A stretch of DNA of 63,814 nt, filler included, from Limisphaerales bacterium (GTDB taxonomy: Bacteria; Verrucomicrobiota; Verrucomicrobiia; Limisphaerales; SIBE01): NCBI GenBank assembly GCA_044225505.1. It is 3 parts of 3 records of this genome, joined end to end, with 100 filler letters (N's around TTAATTAATTAA, not from the genome) between each part and the next. Parts side by side here need not be neighbours in the genome. Positions count along the whole stretch, not along the records: positions 1 to 23,913 come from JBGAIN010000129.1; 2 more parts are not named here. One strand, given 5' to 3'. The notes under the pieces are model-generated. The model made no database searches, was not told the origin of the DNA, and worked only from the letters and a program-made list of their open reading frames with translations. This document shows, piece by piece, positions 1 through 9,570 of the stretch; positions within the stretch are counted from its first letter, which is position 1; every line of letters begins with the position of its first letter. The position numbers and the translations under genes are program-made.

Positions 1-159
1 GAACCTCGTAAACTCTATCAAACATACCAGGTGTTTGCGGATCAGGGTCCGTCTTTAGAAATTCGAGCACTGACCGCCGGACAAGAATACAGCTTCGCCG
101 TGGAAGCTTTTAATGAAACAGGAGTTTCTCCCGCAAGCACGACCGTGACTGTACCTTAG
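1..159 (+). CDS. 3' end of a protein with an FN3-like C-terminus, possibly a family 43 glycoside hydrolase (partial)
   Basis: Frame +1 reads EPRKLYQTYQVFADQGPSLEIRALTAGQEYSFAVEAFNETGVS...VP*. The L..GQEY.F.VEAFNE.GVS pattern resembles an FN3 C-terminal strand. Truncated by the window start. Confidence 0.55.
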   Translation, partial: EPRKLYQTYQVFADQGPSLEIRALTAGQEYSFAVEAFNETGVSPASTTVTVP

Positions 160-2507
160 TCAACGACAGGAAGTTCTGCTGGTGCCAGGATGGGTTCCGT
201 CCTCACCGGCGCGGTCGGCCCGACCGAGCTATCCAACAACGACTTCAAACTAAAAAGCAGCTGTTCCGTTGTAAACGGTTTCGCTAGGAAAGTGATCTTT
301 CCGTTCTCAGACATCTCAGAGACTTTATCGTTCTCCATCAACCCGCTGACGGCCATACACCGCACGGTCGGATCCATTTTCTGCAGCGCGCGCACTGTTG
401 CGGGTCCATCCATGTAGGGCATCATGATATCGACCATCACCGCTTTGATGTCCGGACCGCGCTGCGCGTAAATCGCAACAGCTTCGGTCCCATCTCCCGC
501 CGTCAAGACTTTGTACTGATTTGCCTCGAGCGTAACCCGAATGATTTCACGGATCGCAAATTCGTCATCGGCGACGAGAATCAGCTCACCATGGCCTTTG
601 GGCAGGTCGACCTCTTCATCCTTGGGAGGCTGAGTTTGGGCCGGGTCTGCCGCAGGCAAGTGGACTTTAAAGCGGGTGCCCTTTCCAACTTCACTGTAAA
701 CGTTGAGAAAACCGCCGTGGCTTCGAACAATCCCCAACACGGTCGATAGCCCTAGGCCAGTCCCTTTACCGATCTCCTTCGTCGTGAAGAATGGTTCAAA
801 AACCTTGTCCAGCAAAGCGGGCGGAATTCCAACACCGGTGTCCGCGATCGTGACGACAACGTACGGCCCAGGCCTGGCCTCAGGCTGCATTTGCGCGTAG
901 TTTTCGTCGATAATCGCGTTCTGAGCTTCGAGTTGGATTCGGCCACCGTTCGCCATGGCATCGCGGGCGTTGACACACAAGTTCAAGAACACCTGGTGCA
1001 ATTGGGTCGGGTCCCCGACAATCGGCCAAAGATCTTTCTCAATTTTTGAACTGATATGAATTGAGCGGGGAAAAGTGTCTCGCGCAATCTGAACAACCTC
1101 CGATAGAGGATGCTTCACTTGGAAAATTGTTCGCTCTCCCTCGACGCCTCGGGCAAACGAGAGGACTTGTTGAACAATCCCAGATCCTCGATGCGCACTC
1201 GCCTCAAGGGTGTTCAAAATCTCTTGCGCGGATCGACTGGTCGCCTCCTCGCGCAGCATCCGGATCGCCATCAAGATCGGCGTCAAAACATTGTTCAAAT
1301 CATGCGCGATGCCTCCGGCCAATGTCCCAATACTTTCCATGCGTTGGACCCGAAGAAACTGTGCTTCCAAACGTTTCTTCTCCGTAATGTCCGTGTTGAT
1401 CACCAACATGGACTTGGGACGACCTTCAATATCACGGACAAGCGTGAGCCGGCTTTCCACGACAATCGTCCGGCCGGCCTTCGTGTCCTGCTGCAATTCG
1501 CCGATCCATTCCCCAGATTCCCGGGCATGGTTTCGCGCCGCCTCAGAAGCGCTCGCGTCTTGTTTATTCAAGATCTCGTCGACCCGAACTCCGATCACCT
1601 CGTCTGCTAACCAGCCGTAAAGGCGTTCTGCGCTCTTGTTCCAAAAGCCAATGCGCGTCTCCAGGTCGTAGACCAAGATTGCGTCTTGTGCCTTATCGAG
1701 TAGTGCCGCCTGTTCGCGAATTTGCTCCTCAGCCTGCTTCCGTTCGGTGATATCCCTGGAATTAATGATAATGCCGGCGACTTCAGGTTCATCGAGCAGA
1801 TTCGCCCCAAGCGTCTCCAAAATCCGCCACGAACCATTCTTGTGTCGAATCCGGTATTCGATTGAGCGGTGGCCTCCCGTAGAATCCGTCGGGCGCGTCA
1901 ACGCGTTAATGACAATTGGAACATCTTGCGGATGAATCAACTCGAACGCATTCTGCCCGAGCAACTCCTCCGGCTTATAGCCAAGCACGCGTTCGAGGGA
2001 AGGGCTTTCATAGTTGATTGTTCCTTCTCGGCTGATGATCGTTACAACATCGGACGAATGCTCGATCAGCGACCGAAAATAGACCTCACTTCGACGCAGC
2101 GCCGTCTCCACTTTGACTCGCTCCCGCTCGATCTCTTTCTTTTTGAGCGCTCCCAAAACCGCTGCTGGCAGTCGGGTCAAGCTAGACTTCAAAATGTAAT
2201 CATCGGCTCCCTCTTTGATGCAGGCGACCGCAACCTCTTCCGACTGGGATCCGGTCACAAGAATGAAAGGAAGATCCGGGCGATGCTTCTGGAGCAGTGC
2301 CAAAGCGTCGAGCGCGTTGAACTCGCCCAAGGTAAAATCGGAAACGACAATATGGGGTGCAAAATCGATTAATTCCCGAAGGTAATCTTTGCTCGTATAA
2401 ACGCGCCGGGAAGAGAATGCGATATTCCCTTTGCGCAGTTCGCGCTTAATTAACTCAGCGTCGTCTGCTACGTCTTCCAGCAATAAAATGCGCAAATCTT
2501 CCGTCAT
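156..2507 (-). CDS. Hybrid sensor histidine kinase/response regulator (REC-PAS-PAS-HisKA-HATPase-REC)
   Basis: N-terminal REC (ILLLEDVADD), two PAS/PAC domains, H-box AGGIAHDLNN, FEPFFTTK..GKGTGLGL, C-terminal REC. Start taken at MTEDLRILL. Confidence 0.95.
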   Translation of the reverse strand: MTEDLRILLLEDVADDAELIKRELRKGNIAFSSRRVYTSKDYLRELIDFAPHIVVSDFTLGEFNALDALALLQKHRPDLPFILVTGSQSEEVAVACIKEGADDYILKSSLTRLPAAVLGALKKKEIERERVKVETALRRSEVYFRSLIEHSSDVVTIISREGTINYESPSLERVLGYKPEELLGQNAFELIHPQDVPIVINALTRPTDSTGGHRSIEYRIRHKNGSWRILETLGANLLDEPEVAGIIINSRDITERKQAEEQIREQAALLDKAQDAILVYDLETRIGFWNKSAERLYGWLADEVIGVRVDEILNKQDASASEAARNHARESGEWIGELQQDTKAGRTIVVESRLTLVRDIEGRPKSMLVINTDITEKKRLEAQFLRVQRMESIGTLAGGIAHDLNNVLTPILMAIRMLREEATSRSAQEILNTLEASAHRGSGIVQQVLSFARGVEGERTIFQVKHPLSEVVQIARDTFPRSIHISSKIEKDLWPIVGDPTQLHQVFLNLCVNARDAMANGGRIQLEAQNAIIDENYAQMQPEARPGPYVVVTIADTGVGIPPALLDKVFEPFFTTKEIGKGTGLGLSTVLGIVRSHGGFLNVYSEVGKGTRFKVHLPAADPAQTQPPKDEEVDLPKGHGELILVADDEFAIREIIRVTLEANQYKVLTAGDGTEAVAIYAQRGPDIKAVMVDIMMPYMDGPATVRALQKMDPTVRCMAVSGLMENDKVSEMSENGKITFLAKPFTTEQLLFSLKSLLDSSVGPTAPVRTEPILAPAELPVVD

Positions 2508-2741
2508 CGAATCGCCATCGAACGTCTCACGTTCCAAGCACTCCAAAGATCAACCACGATCCTCCGCCGGGGGCGAGCGCAAAATTCGGGTTTGTCACAC
2601 GCCGGAGCCGACCTTGTTACGCGGGAGATTAGGCCAGACGTCGACAAATCGCAAAGTCTATCTCGATCCAAGATTACAAAACGCCCTCGAACTGCGCTCT
2701 ACAAGGTGTAGCCAAGCACTTACACAAAGCGTTTTTCAGAA

Positions 2742-3722
2742 TCAAAACACTTCCGGATACAAGTTTTTCACGCATTCCGGACAAAAGCTGTGCGTGAATT
2801 CCGCATCGGAATGGGTCTGAATGAACTCCTCAATCTGTTTCCAATAACCGTTGTCGTCTCGAATCTTTTTGCATGACGCGCAAATGGGCAGCAAGCCCCC
2901 CAAGGTCTTGACCTTTGCCAGGGCATCTTGCAGCTCGGAAATCAACCGTTCCCGTTCGTCTTCCGCCTCTTTGCGTTCGTTGGTGTTCTCCAAGCTTCCC
3001 TCGTAAATCATACGGGCACTTCGAGGCTCGCGAATGGCCCTGGCGCTATTCTGCGCCCAGCATGGTTGGCCATGAAAATTGCGCAGTCGAGCTTCCCATT
3101 TATGGACAACGCCATACTTCTTCATCAACTGCTGCCAGCTTTCGTAATCCCCAGGATTTAAATACAAATCCGCCAGACCAACCCCGAGCAGGCTGGACCG
3201 ATCTGGATAACGTAACATCTCCACTAACGCCGGATTCGCGTCCAAAATTCTCCCACTCGGAGTTGCACGATAAAGTGCCACTGGCACACTCGAAAACAGG
3301 AGCGAATAGCGAACTTCCGCCTGACGCAACTGTTGGCGTTGATGCGCCGCTTTGAGAGCCACTTTTGCCACGGATGGCAAACGCGCGTAGTGGCTCGGGC
3401 TTTTCAATACATAATCATCGGCCCCAGCCTTCATTGCCTCGACGGCAATCTCTTCGTTTCCAGTTCCAGTAAACATCACGACCGGACAATCTGGCCAACG
3501 AGATTTCACATTTCTCAAGACGGCCAAACCACTCGTCCACCGCAACTGAAAATCCGTAATGACCAAGTCGAACTCAGCCGCCTCCAACGTCTTGGTAAAA
3601 CCAGCGTCGTCCACCACCTCGGTTGTCCGAAGATTAGGGAACACTCGGCGAAGCTCGCGGATCACCAACGCCCGGTCGTCCGGGTTGTCGTCAATCAGCA
3701 AGGCAGAAAGGGTTTCCCTCAT
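2742..3722 (-). CDS. Response regulator REC-PAS with C-terminal Cys-rich LLPICxxCKKIRD...HSFCPEC module
   Basis: REC (LLIDDNPDD, DLVITD), PAS (ILDANPA), coiled coil, then a CxxC...CxxC tail. Confidence 0.9.
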   Translation of the reverse strand: MRETLSALLIDDNPDDRALVIRELRRVFPNLRTTEVVDDAGFTKTLEAAEFDLVITDFQLRWTSGLAVLRNVKSRWPDCPVVMFTGTGNEEIAVEAMKAGADDYVLKSPSHYARLPSVAKVALKAAHQRQQLRQAEVRYSLLFSSVPVALYRATPSGRILDANPALVEMLRYPDRSSLLGVGLADLYLNPGDYESWQQLMKKYGVVHKWEARLRNFHGQPCWAQNSARAIREPRSARMIYEGSLENTNERKEAEDERERLISELQDALAKVKTLGGLLPICASCKKIRDDNGYWKQIEEFIQTHSDAEFTHSFCPECVKNLYPEVF

Positions 3723-3933
3723 AGGTCGTCAGCGCAATCGCATCAGATCGGTCCTACTGCCAAGCCTCGGCCGCTCCGCGCCCAGAGAGCCTTTTGATCA
3801 CCGCAGGGTTTACTTTTCCAAGAATACGCACTCACTGAGGAACCGATTTTGGTAGAACTAACTTGGAGGCAAAAGTACAACAGAACTAGTATCCGCCAAC
3901 CTCCTCTCCTCGTCAAGGACGCCACTCAAGAAA

Positions 3934-5685
3934 CTAACGTGCAGCCGTCGATCCCCGCGGGTCGTTGGCCAGCGGTAACTCCACCCAAAAGCAGCTCCCG
4001 GCCTTCTGGCGAGACTCGACGCCGACAGTCCCGGCCATTCTCTCCACACCTTTCCTTACGATGGCTAAACCCACCCCAGTCCCCGGATAGGTTTCCACCC
4101 CATGGAGTCTCTCGAACACCCGAAATATGCGATGGTGATATTCAGGAGCAACACCGATGCCGTTATCCTGAATGAAAAGCCTCGCCCCCGATGGGACGAC
4201 CTCCATCCAAATCCGAATCTGCGGCCGCACCCCCGGCACCACGAACTTCAACGCGTTCGACAACAAGTTGCCGACCACCTGCACCAACGTGCAATGATGC
4301 GCGAGGACCCTATGAAATGGGCCGATCCGATCGACACTGGCCTTCGTCTCTTGCATCGTTCGCTCGAGGTTCGCCAGCGCCTCCACAATGATCCGATCCG
4401 TATCGACCGGTTCTAAATCCAAGCGCGTGTGCGAGATCCGGCTGTACAACAGCAAGTCCTGGATAAGAATGTCCAACCGTGTCGCCGCCGCAATAATGCG
4501 ATTGGCATATCCCATGCCTTCCTCCGACAACTCCCCAGCGCAGTCTTCTAGCAAAGCCTGCGCAAACCCTTGCATTGCCCGCAATGGCGCTCTCAAATCA
4601 TGAGAGACAGAGTAAGCAAAGGCCTCCAATTCGGCATTGCTCTCTTTCAGCGCCACTTCGGTCTTCTGGCGAACGGTCATCTCACGGTGGAGTTCAGCAT
4701 TCGCAGCTTCTGACTCGGCGGCCCTGTGAGTCAGCGCCGCGTTGAGACAATGAACTTGTTGTTCGGCCAGTTTTTGCGCCGTAATGTCGCGAGCGAAAAT
4801 GTAAATCAGCCTGTCTGCGACGATCGACGCGGCAGTCCATCCAAGCCAGCGAAACCCACCATCTCGACATAAATAACGGCCCTCAAATGAAGCTGTTGTA
4901 TCGCTCTGCCGCAGCTGGGCCATCTGTTCGCGCATCGCGGGCAAGTCGTCCGGATGGACTAAATCGAGCCCGGACTTGGACTGTAATTCCTCAGCACTAA
5001 ATCCAAGAACGCGCTCCCAGGAAGGATTCAACTGCAGCAGTCGGCCTTCAAAGTCCGCGATCCCCAGCAACTCCAAAGACAACGTGAAGAAGCGGTTTCT
5101 CCGAGTCTCCAAGTGCAATCGTTCAGCGGCCTCCGTCAAGCGGCGTTGATGTTCAGCTTGATCCAACTGCCGCAACCGCGCTGCCTGAGCTTTGACTTCC
5201 TGGGTTCTTTTGTGCAGCTCGACAAAGACACCGACTTTCGACCGAAGTACGTCCGGTACAACCGGGGTGAAGATGTAGTCGACAGCACCCAATGAATACC
5301 CGGTGAACGTGTGATTGTCGGTTGTACTGACGGCACTGACGAATATAATCGGGGTATGTTCGGAACTTTGCCGTTGACGGATGAGAGCCGCAGTCTCGAA
5401 TCCGTTGATTTCAGGCATATTCACGTCGAGCAGAATGACGGCAAACTCCTGACGCAGCAGGCACTGAAGTGCTTCTCGACCGGACCGCGCTTTGACGATC
5501 TTCTGGTCCAAGTCAGCAAGTACGGATTCGAACGCCGTGAGATTCTCCGGAGTATCATCCACAATCAGGATACTTGCCGGTTCAAGATCGCCAGGTTGGA
5601 GTCCGTTCAAATCTTCCGCCGGTGGCTGGCAGGTTGGGATATCCAGTGCTGGACGCAAGCAACCAACTACAAGCGAAGAGGGCAT
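3934..5685 (-). CDS. Hybrid sensor kinase (REC-PAS-HisKA-HATPase)
   Basis: ILIVDDTPEN REC, PAS, FAYSVSHDLRAPLR H-box, DNGIG, FERLH..YPGTGVGLAI. Start codon uncertain. Confidence 0.93.
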   Translation of the reverse strand: MPSSLVVGCLRPALDIPTCQPPAEDLNGLQPGDLEPASILIVDDTPENLTAFESVLADLDQKIVKARSGREALQCLLRQEFAVILLDVNMPEINGFETAALIRQRQSSEHTPIIFVSAVSTTDNHTFTGYSLGAVDYIFTPVVPDVLRSKVGVFVELHKRTQEVKAQAARLRQLDQAEHQRRLTEAAERLHLETRRNRFFTLSLELLGIADFEGRLLQLNPSWERVLGFSAEELQSKSGLDLVHPDDLPAMREQMAQLRQSDTTASFEGRYLCRDGGFRWLGWTAASIVADRLIYIFARDITAQKLAEQQVHCLNAALTHRAAESEAANAELHREMTVRQKTEVALKESNAELEAFAYSVSHDLRAPLRAMQGFAQALLEDCAGELSEEGMGYANRIIAAATRLDILIQDLLLYSRISHTRLDLEPVDTDRIIVEALANLERTMQETKASVDRIGPFHRVLAHHCTLVQVVGNLLSNALKFVVPGVRPQIRIWMEVVPSGARLFIQDNGIGVAPEYHHRIFRVFERLHGVETYPGTGVGLAIVRKGVERMAGTVGVESRQKAGSCFWVELPLANDPRGSTAAR

Positions 5686-5922
5686 AGACGCTTGCTAATT
5701 CCGGCATCGGACATCTAACCGAGCTTGAACCAAATAGGCGTCTCGGGCAGCTATCATCGACCATCGTTGATTCCATTTGAGGAATATAGAGAATATGTGC
5801 ACAGCTCAGCCTATCAAGGCCATAGCCAGAGTAACCCACGTTCCGTCTTTGCCAATCGGGTGGGGCACGAGTCCACGCCCCGGGAAATCCCCTAGCAATG
5901 AACCGCGATGCAAAATCAATTA

Positions 5923-6408
5923 TTAGATTGCGCCCGTTGGGGAGATCGTCGCTGTCGCTGGCCGCTCGGTGGACCGCAGGTCCATGAGGGCCAGCCATGG
6001 GAGTTTGAGACTCTCCGCTAAACTCGCAATTCCTGCAGGCTGGATTGGCTTTACCAAATAAGAAGAGGCGCCAAGCTCATACGCACGATAGACGTCCAAG
6101 CTCTTGTTCGAGCCCGTCAACACTACGACCTGAATGCGCACCAGCTTGGGCTGTTGCCTCACCCAAGTAAGCACCTCGAATCCGGAGAGCCCCGGCAATT
6201 TGAGATCGAGGAATACCAGAGTTGGAATCGGGAACGTTGCCCGGTCGGAATAGGGTTCTTTTCCGTCCAAGTATGCGATTGCATGCTCCCCGCTAGCGAC
6301 CACCTGCAACGGCTTGGCCAAGTTGAATCGACTGAATGTACGCTGAAGTAAGAGCGTATCGTTCGCGTCGTCCTCAACTAATAGAATGGTTTCACGGGCG
6401 AGGCTCAT
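5923..6408 (-). CDS. Single-domain response regulator (Rcp1-like)
   Basis: ILLVEDDAND, FLDLKLPGLSGFEVL, AYELGASSYLVKP. Confidence 0.9.
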   Translation of the reverse strand: MSLARETILLVEDDANDTLLLQRTFSRFNLAKPLQVVASGEHAIAYLDGKEPYSDRATFPIPTLVFLDLKLPGLSGFEVLTWVRQQPKLVRIQVVVLTGSNKSLDVYRAYELGASSYLVKPIQPAGIASLAESLKLPWLALMDLRSTERPATATISPTGAI

Positions 6409-6475
6409 AGGTGACTTCTTGGCTGGCTAAAGCTAAACTGAAAACCCGAAACGTAAAGCGACAAAATCGGTCTAC

Positions 6476-6749
6476 GAGCCTGTTGAAGAATCAGCATAGG
6501 CGATGTTTACAAGGAAAAGGCTGAGTGGCGCGGCGCGAGCGAGGGAGTATCCCCGCAGCGGGCTGCGACCGAGCGAGCAACAAAGCCAGGCGGCCTTTTC
6601 CTTGGAAATACTTCGGACGGCGGGGCTTTTGCCTGCATCCGGCGTTGGCTCGGCCCTTACAGCCCGCTGCGGGGATGCGTGGGCCTCGCCGCCTTGGCTG
6701 CAGCCAAAATCCCTCGCCGCAGCGTCCATGCTGATTCTTCAACAGGCTC
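6476..6749. mobile_element. Putative MITE (non-autonomous IS-derived element), 274 bp
   Basis: Perfect 22-bp terminal inverted repeats GAGCCTGTTGAAGAATCAGCAT (6476-6497 and 6728-6749), flanked by CTAC and CTAG. Internal perfect 17-bp inverted repeat at 6549-6565 and 6660-6676. No transposase. Confidence 0.75.
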
Positions 6750-6909
6750 CTAGAGCCCTCGATGCGACCCCACACCCTCCCTCAGATCGACCGCCACTTT
6801 CAAGACAGCCCTGCCCAATTTCTAGACGAACACCCAACGAGGTCTCGAGCATCAAGGACGGCCTTAAATCCGAAGTTTTCCCGAGATTAGCGCGCTTTGA
6901 AGGTCAAGC

Positions 6910-6949
6910 AAAAAAAAAGCGCCCTGTCCAACTACTCGAAGGACAGGGC
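6910..6949 (-). terminator. Rho-independent terminator
   Basis: Minus strand GCCCTGTCC-N11-GGACAGGGC followed by GC and T9. Confidence 0.8.
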
Positions 6950-7005
6950 AACTCATTCCCAAACCAACCAACAACAACCTAATGACTCACTTCTTCATCC
7001 CCACA
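6910..7005 (-). ncRNA. Candidate sigma54-dependent small RNA with GU-rich tract
   Basis: About 96 nt between a -24/-12 motif (7016-7031) and an intrinsic terminator. Contains AGGUUGUUGUUGGUUGGUUUGGG and no substantial ORF. Confidence 0.5.
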
Positions 7006-7015
7006 GTTTTTTAAT

Positions 7016-7031
7016 AGCACGACTCGTACCA
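7016..7031 (-). promoter_or_regulatory. sigma54 (-24/-12) promoter motif
   Basis: TGGTACGAGTCGTGCT fits GG-N10-GC and is close to the consensus TGGCACG-N4-TTGCW. Confidence 0.6.
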
Positions 7032-7289
7032 CGGTGTCCCGACTCCTTCCAACAGGCCCTCCCGGGGAAGTTTTCCATCTGTTCCCCGCCTCCCATCGAA
7101 ACGTCTAGCGCTTTCCATCCACGCGGGCGTGAGCTTCACGCAAAATGCGTGATTTCGCACGCAGGTCGGCATATCGGCGAATCCAGCCCATTTGCCATAC
7201 CGTTCTCGATCAACCTGACCTTCACTCAGACCAGCAAAAAGGACTTGCGCTCTTTACGCAGCTTGATCCATTGTAGCCACAGTTGCGGC

Positions 7290-7374
7290 GCGCTTATGGT
7301 GGAATTGGCAGACACGCTACTTTGAGGTGGTAGTGGGGCAACCCGTGCAGGTTCAAGTCCTGCTAAGCGCACCA
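7290..7374 (+). tRNA. tRNA-Leu(GAG)
   Basis: Acceptor stem GCGCTTA/TAAGCGC, D-loop GGAATTGGCAGAC, anticodon loop TTGAGGT, long variable arm, GGTTCAAGTCC, encoded CCA. Confidence 0.96.
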
Positions 7375-7450
7375 AAATTAGCGACTCCAAGAGAGACTCA
7401 AGTTACTGACGCGTCACATTCCAGCACCCGTATCCAACCTGATTGGCCCT

Positions 7451-7693
7451 TTGAAACTCCACGTTGTCTACTTGTTCGCCCTCGCTCTCGCGTTGTGTGG
7501 CTGCGCGTCTCACTACGATCTAACTCTCGCTAACGGGGATATCCTTCGCGCGAGCTCAAAACCTCAACTCCGAAGCGGATACTACGTTTTCAAAGACCTG
7601 GCTGGTCAGGAAACCATGGTAAACGCCATGCGGGTTCGTCAGATCGAAACGGTGCGAAGGGGAAGCCAACCGAATCGAGCGTTCGGTCAGTGA
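7451..7693 (+). CDS. YgdI/YgdR-family small lipoprotein
   Basis: Lipobox LCGC, then Y.LTL.NG....A.SKP.L..GYYVFKD..G. Confidence 0.75.
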   Translation: MKLHVVYLFALALALCGCASHYDLTLANGDILRASSKPQLRSGYYVFKDLAGQETMVNAMRVRQIETVRRGSQPNRAFGQ

Positions 7694-7791
7694 AGGGCAC
7701 ATCGGAAAAACTCTATTCGCGACGGACCTGCCGCCGGGACCGTTAACGCCCGACAGGAGTTGGTGGTCCTACGATCGCAAGCGCGCGGTCG

Positions 7792-8421
7792 CTATTGTCT
7801 CCGGCGCGCTGGCGCTGTCGCTCGGCCAGCCAGCAATTTCTCCACGTATTTCCCAAGAATATCCCCTTCGAGATTGACTTGGTCTCCGACGCGTCGTTCG
7901 CGCAATGCCGTTACCTGATAGGTATGAGGAATGATCCAGATCCGGAACGTCTTCGCCATGACGCTCGCGACCGTCAAACTGATCCCGTCGAGAGCCACGG
8001 TGCCTTTAGACACCATGTAGCGCATCAACTCTGTCGGCGGCTGCACTTCCAGGAGCCAATCGCTGCCAACCTGCTCCCAGCGCTTAATCACTCCGGTTCC
8101 GTCGATATGTCCTGTCACAAAGTGTCCGCCCAATCGATCCTCCGCTTTGAGCGATCGTTCAAGATTCACTGCGGCGCCTGGCACGAGCGTGTGGAAGTTC
8201 GTCCGCTTCCAGGTTTCGCGCAGCAAGTCGAACTCGAGGACCTTGCCGCGGTTCTCGGTGCTCATGCGGACGACGGTGAGACAGCATCCATTGACGGCGA
8301 TGCTGTTACCCACTTTGGTGCCCACTCCGCAAACACGGGCGAGAACCGCCAATCGAATTGAATCGCCCGATTCCTTAATGCGTTTGGTAACACCAGTCTC
8401 TTCAACCAGACCCGTAAACAT
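7792..8421 (-). CDS. ribE: Riboflavin synthase (alpha subunit)
   Basis: MFTGLVEE start, SIAVNGCCLTV, VNLERSL, LGGHFVTGHIDG. Confidence 0.97.
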   Translation of the reverse strand: MFTGLVEETGVTKRIKESGDSIRLAVLARVCGVGTKVGNSIAVNGCCLTVVRMSTENRGKVLEFDLLRETWKRTNFHTLVPGAAVNLERSLKAEDRLGGHFVTGHIDGTGVIKRWEQVGSDWLLEVQPPTELMRYMVSKGTVALDGISLTVASVMAKTFRIWIIPHTYQVTALRERRVGDQVNLEGDILGKYVEKLLAGRATAPARRRQ

Positions 8422-9562
8422 GCTTGGCAGCCTGTCGCTGGCTCACTAGTGCGGTCAACAAAAAATCGTCACCCAACTTCTTCCAATGCGGCGCGACAAG
8501 CCGGACGACGTCCGCAAGATCGGGAAGGCCCGCCCCGGCGACGGCCGTAGGGGCGCTCCGTCCGCCGATGATTTTAGGGGCATAGAAAAATGCGATTTTC
8601 TGGGCCAAGCCGCCAAGAAGGAACGAGGCATTCACCTCGCCACCTCCTTCCACCAGAAGGCTGGTCACCTGTTCCTTGCCCAATTGGCTGAGCAACCAGC
8701 GCAAGTCGACGCGACCTTGGCACGCCGGCGCGACAATAACCTTCACCCGCTTGGCGAGCCGCTCAACTCGTCGCGCTGGCGCCGCGCCCGTCGTGATGAT
8801 AGTCGTCCGATCAGAAGCAGAATCCGCGACGATCTTTGCATCGACGGGAGTGCGCGCGCGTGCGTCTAAAACAAGGCGTCGGAGTGGTTTATTAACGGGA
8901 GTATCCCGACGTCGAACCGTTAGACTCGGATCGTCTTGGAGAACAGTGTTGATGCCGACAAGAATCGCATCGGCCGCCAAGCGCAGTTTCATTCCGTAGG
9001 CCCGTGCGTTTGGCCCCGTGATCCACTTCGACTCGCCGGAAGCCGTCGCAATTTTACCGTCAGCAGTCAGTGCAGCTTTAACCGTGACGAACGGCAGCGC
9101 GTGAACGATCCAATGGTTGAAAGCCTCGTTCAACTCGGTTGCTTCCTCCGCGCGCACCCCGTGCCGCACTTGGATTCCAGCCTGTTCTAGCAACGCAAAC
9201 CCTCGCCCCGCATGCTTCGGATTCGGGTCCGTAGCGCCTACCACCACCCGCTGGATTCCACTCTGCAGGATTGCTTCGGTGCACGGCGGAGTCCGCCCCG
9301 TGGTTGAGCAAGGCTCCAAAGTCACGTAGAGCGTCGCTCCTTGAGAGCGAAACCCGCGCTGCGCAGCATCCCGAAGCGCTAGAATCTCGGCGTGCGGTTC
9401 CCCTGCGCGGTGATGCCAGCCTTGGCCGATAACCCGCCCCCGGTTGACCAAGACGGCGCCGACCATCGGATTAGGTGAGGTCCAACCCAAGGCGCGCTTC
9501 GCCAGGCGCAAAGCCAGGTCCATGAAATCAAGATCTGATTGCGAAGACCGTTCGGCGCACAT
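8402..9562 (-). CDS. ribD: Bifunctional diaminohydroxyphosphoribosylaminopyrimidine deaminase/reductase
   Basis: PNPMVGAV, HAE, TLEPC...TPPC, SKWITG, LLVEGG. Confidence 0.97.
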   Translation of the reverse strand: MCAERSSQSDLDFMDLALRLAKRALGWTSPNPMVGAVLVNRGRVIGQGWHHRAGEPHAEILALRDAAQRGFRSQGATLYVTLEPCSTTGRTPPCTEAILQSGIQRVVVGATDPNPKHAGRGFALLEQAGIQVRHGVRAEEATELNEAFNHWIVHALPFVTVKAALTADGKIATASGESKWITGPNARAYGMKLRLAADAILVGINTVLQDDPSLTVRRRDTPVNKPLRRLVLDARARTPVDAKIVADSASDRTTIITTGAAPARRVERLAKRVKVIVAPACQGRVDLRWLLSQLGKEQVTSLLVEGGGEVNASFLLGGLAQKIAFFYAPKIIGGRSAPTAVAGAGLPDLADVVRLVAPHWKKLGDDFLLTALVSQRQAAKHVYGSG

Positions 9563-9570
9563 GGGAGGGG

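Noticed and set aside
6472..6982. Several short ORFs across the MITE
   Set aside because: They are explained by a GC-rich non-coding inverted-repeat element and show no transposase motifs.
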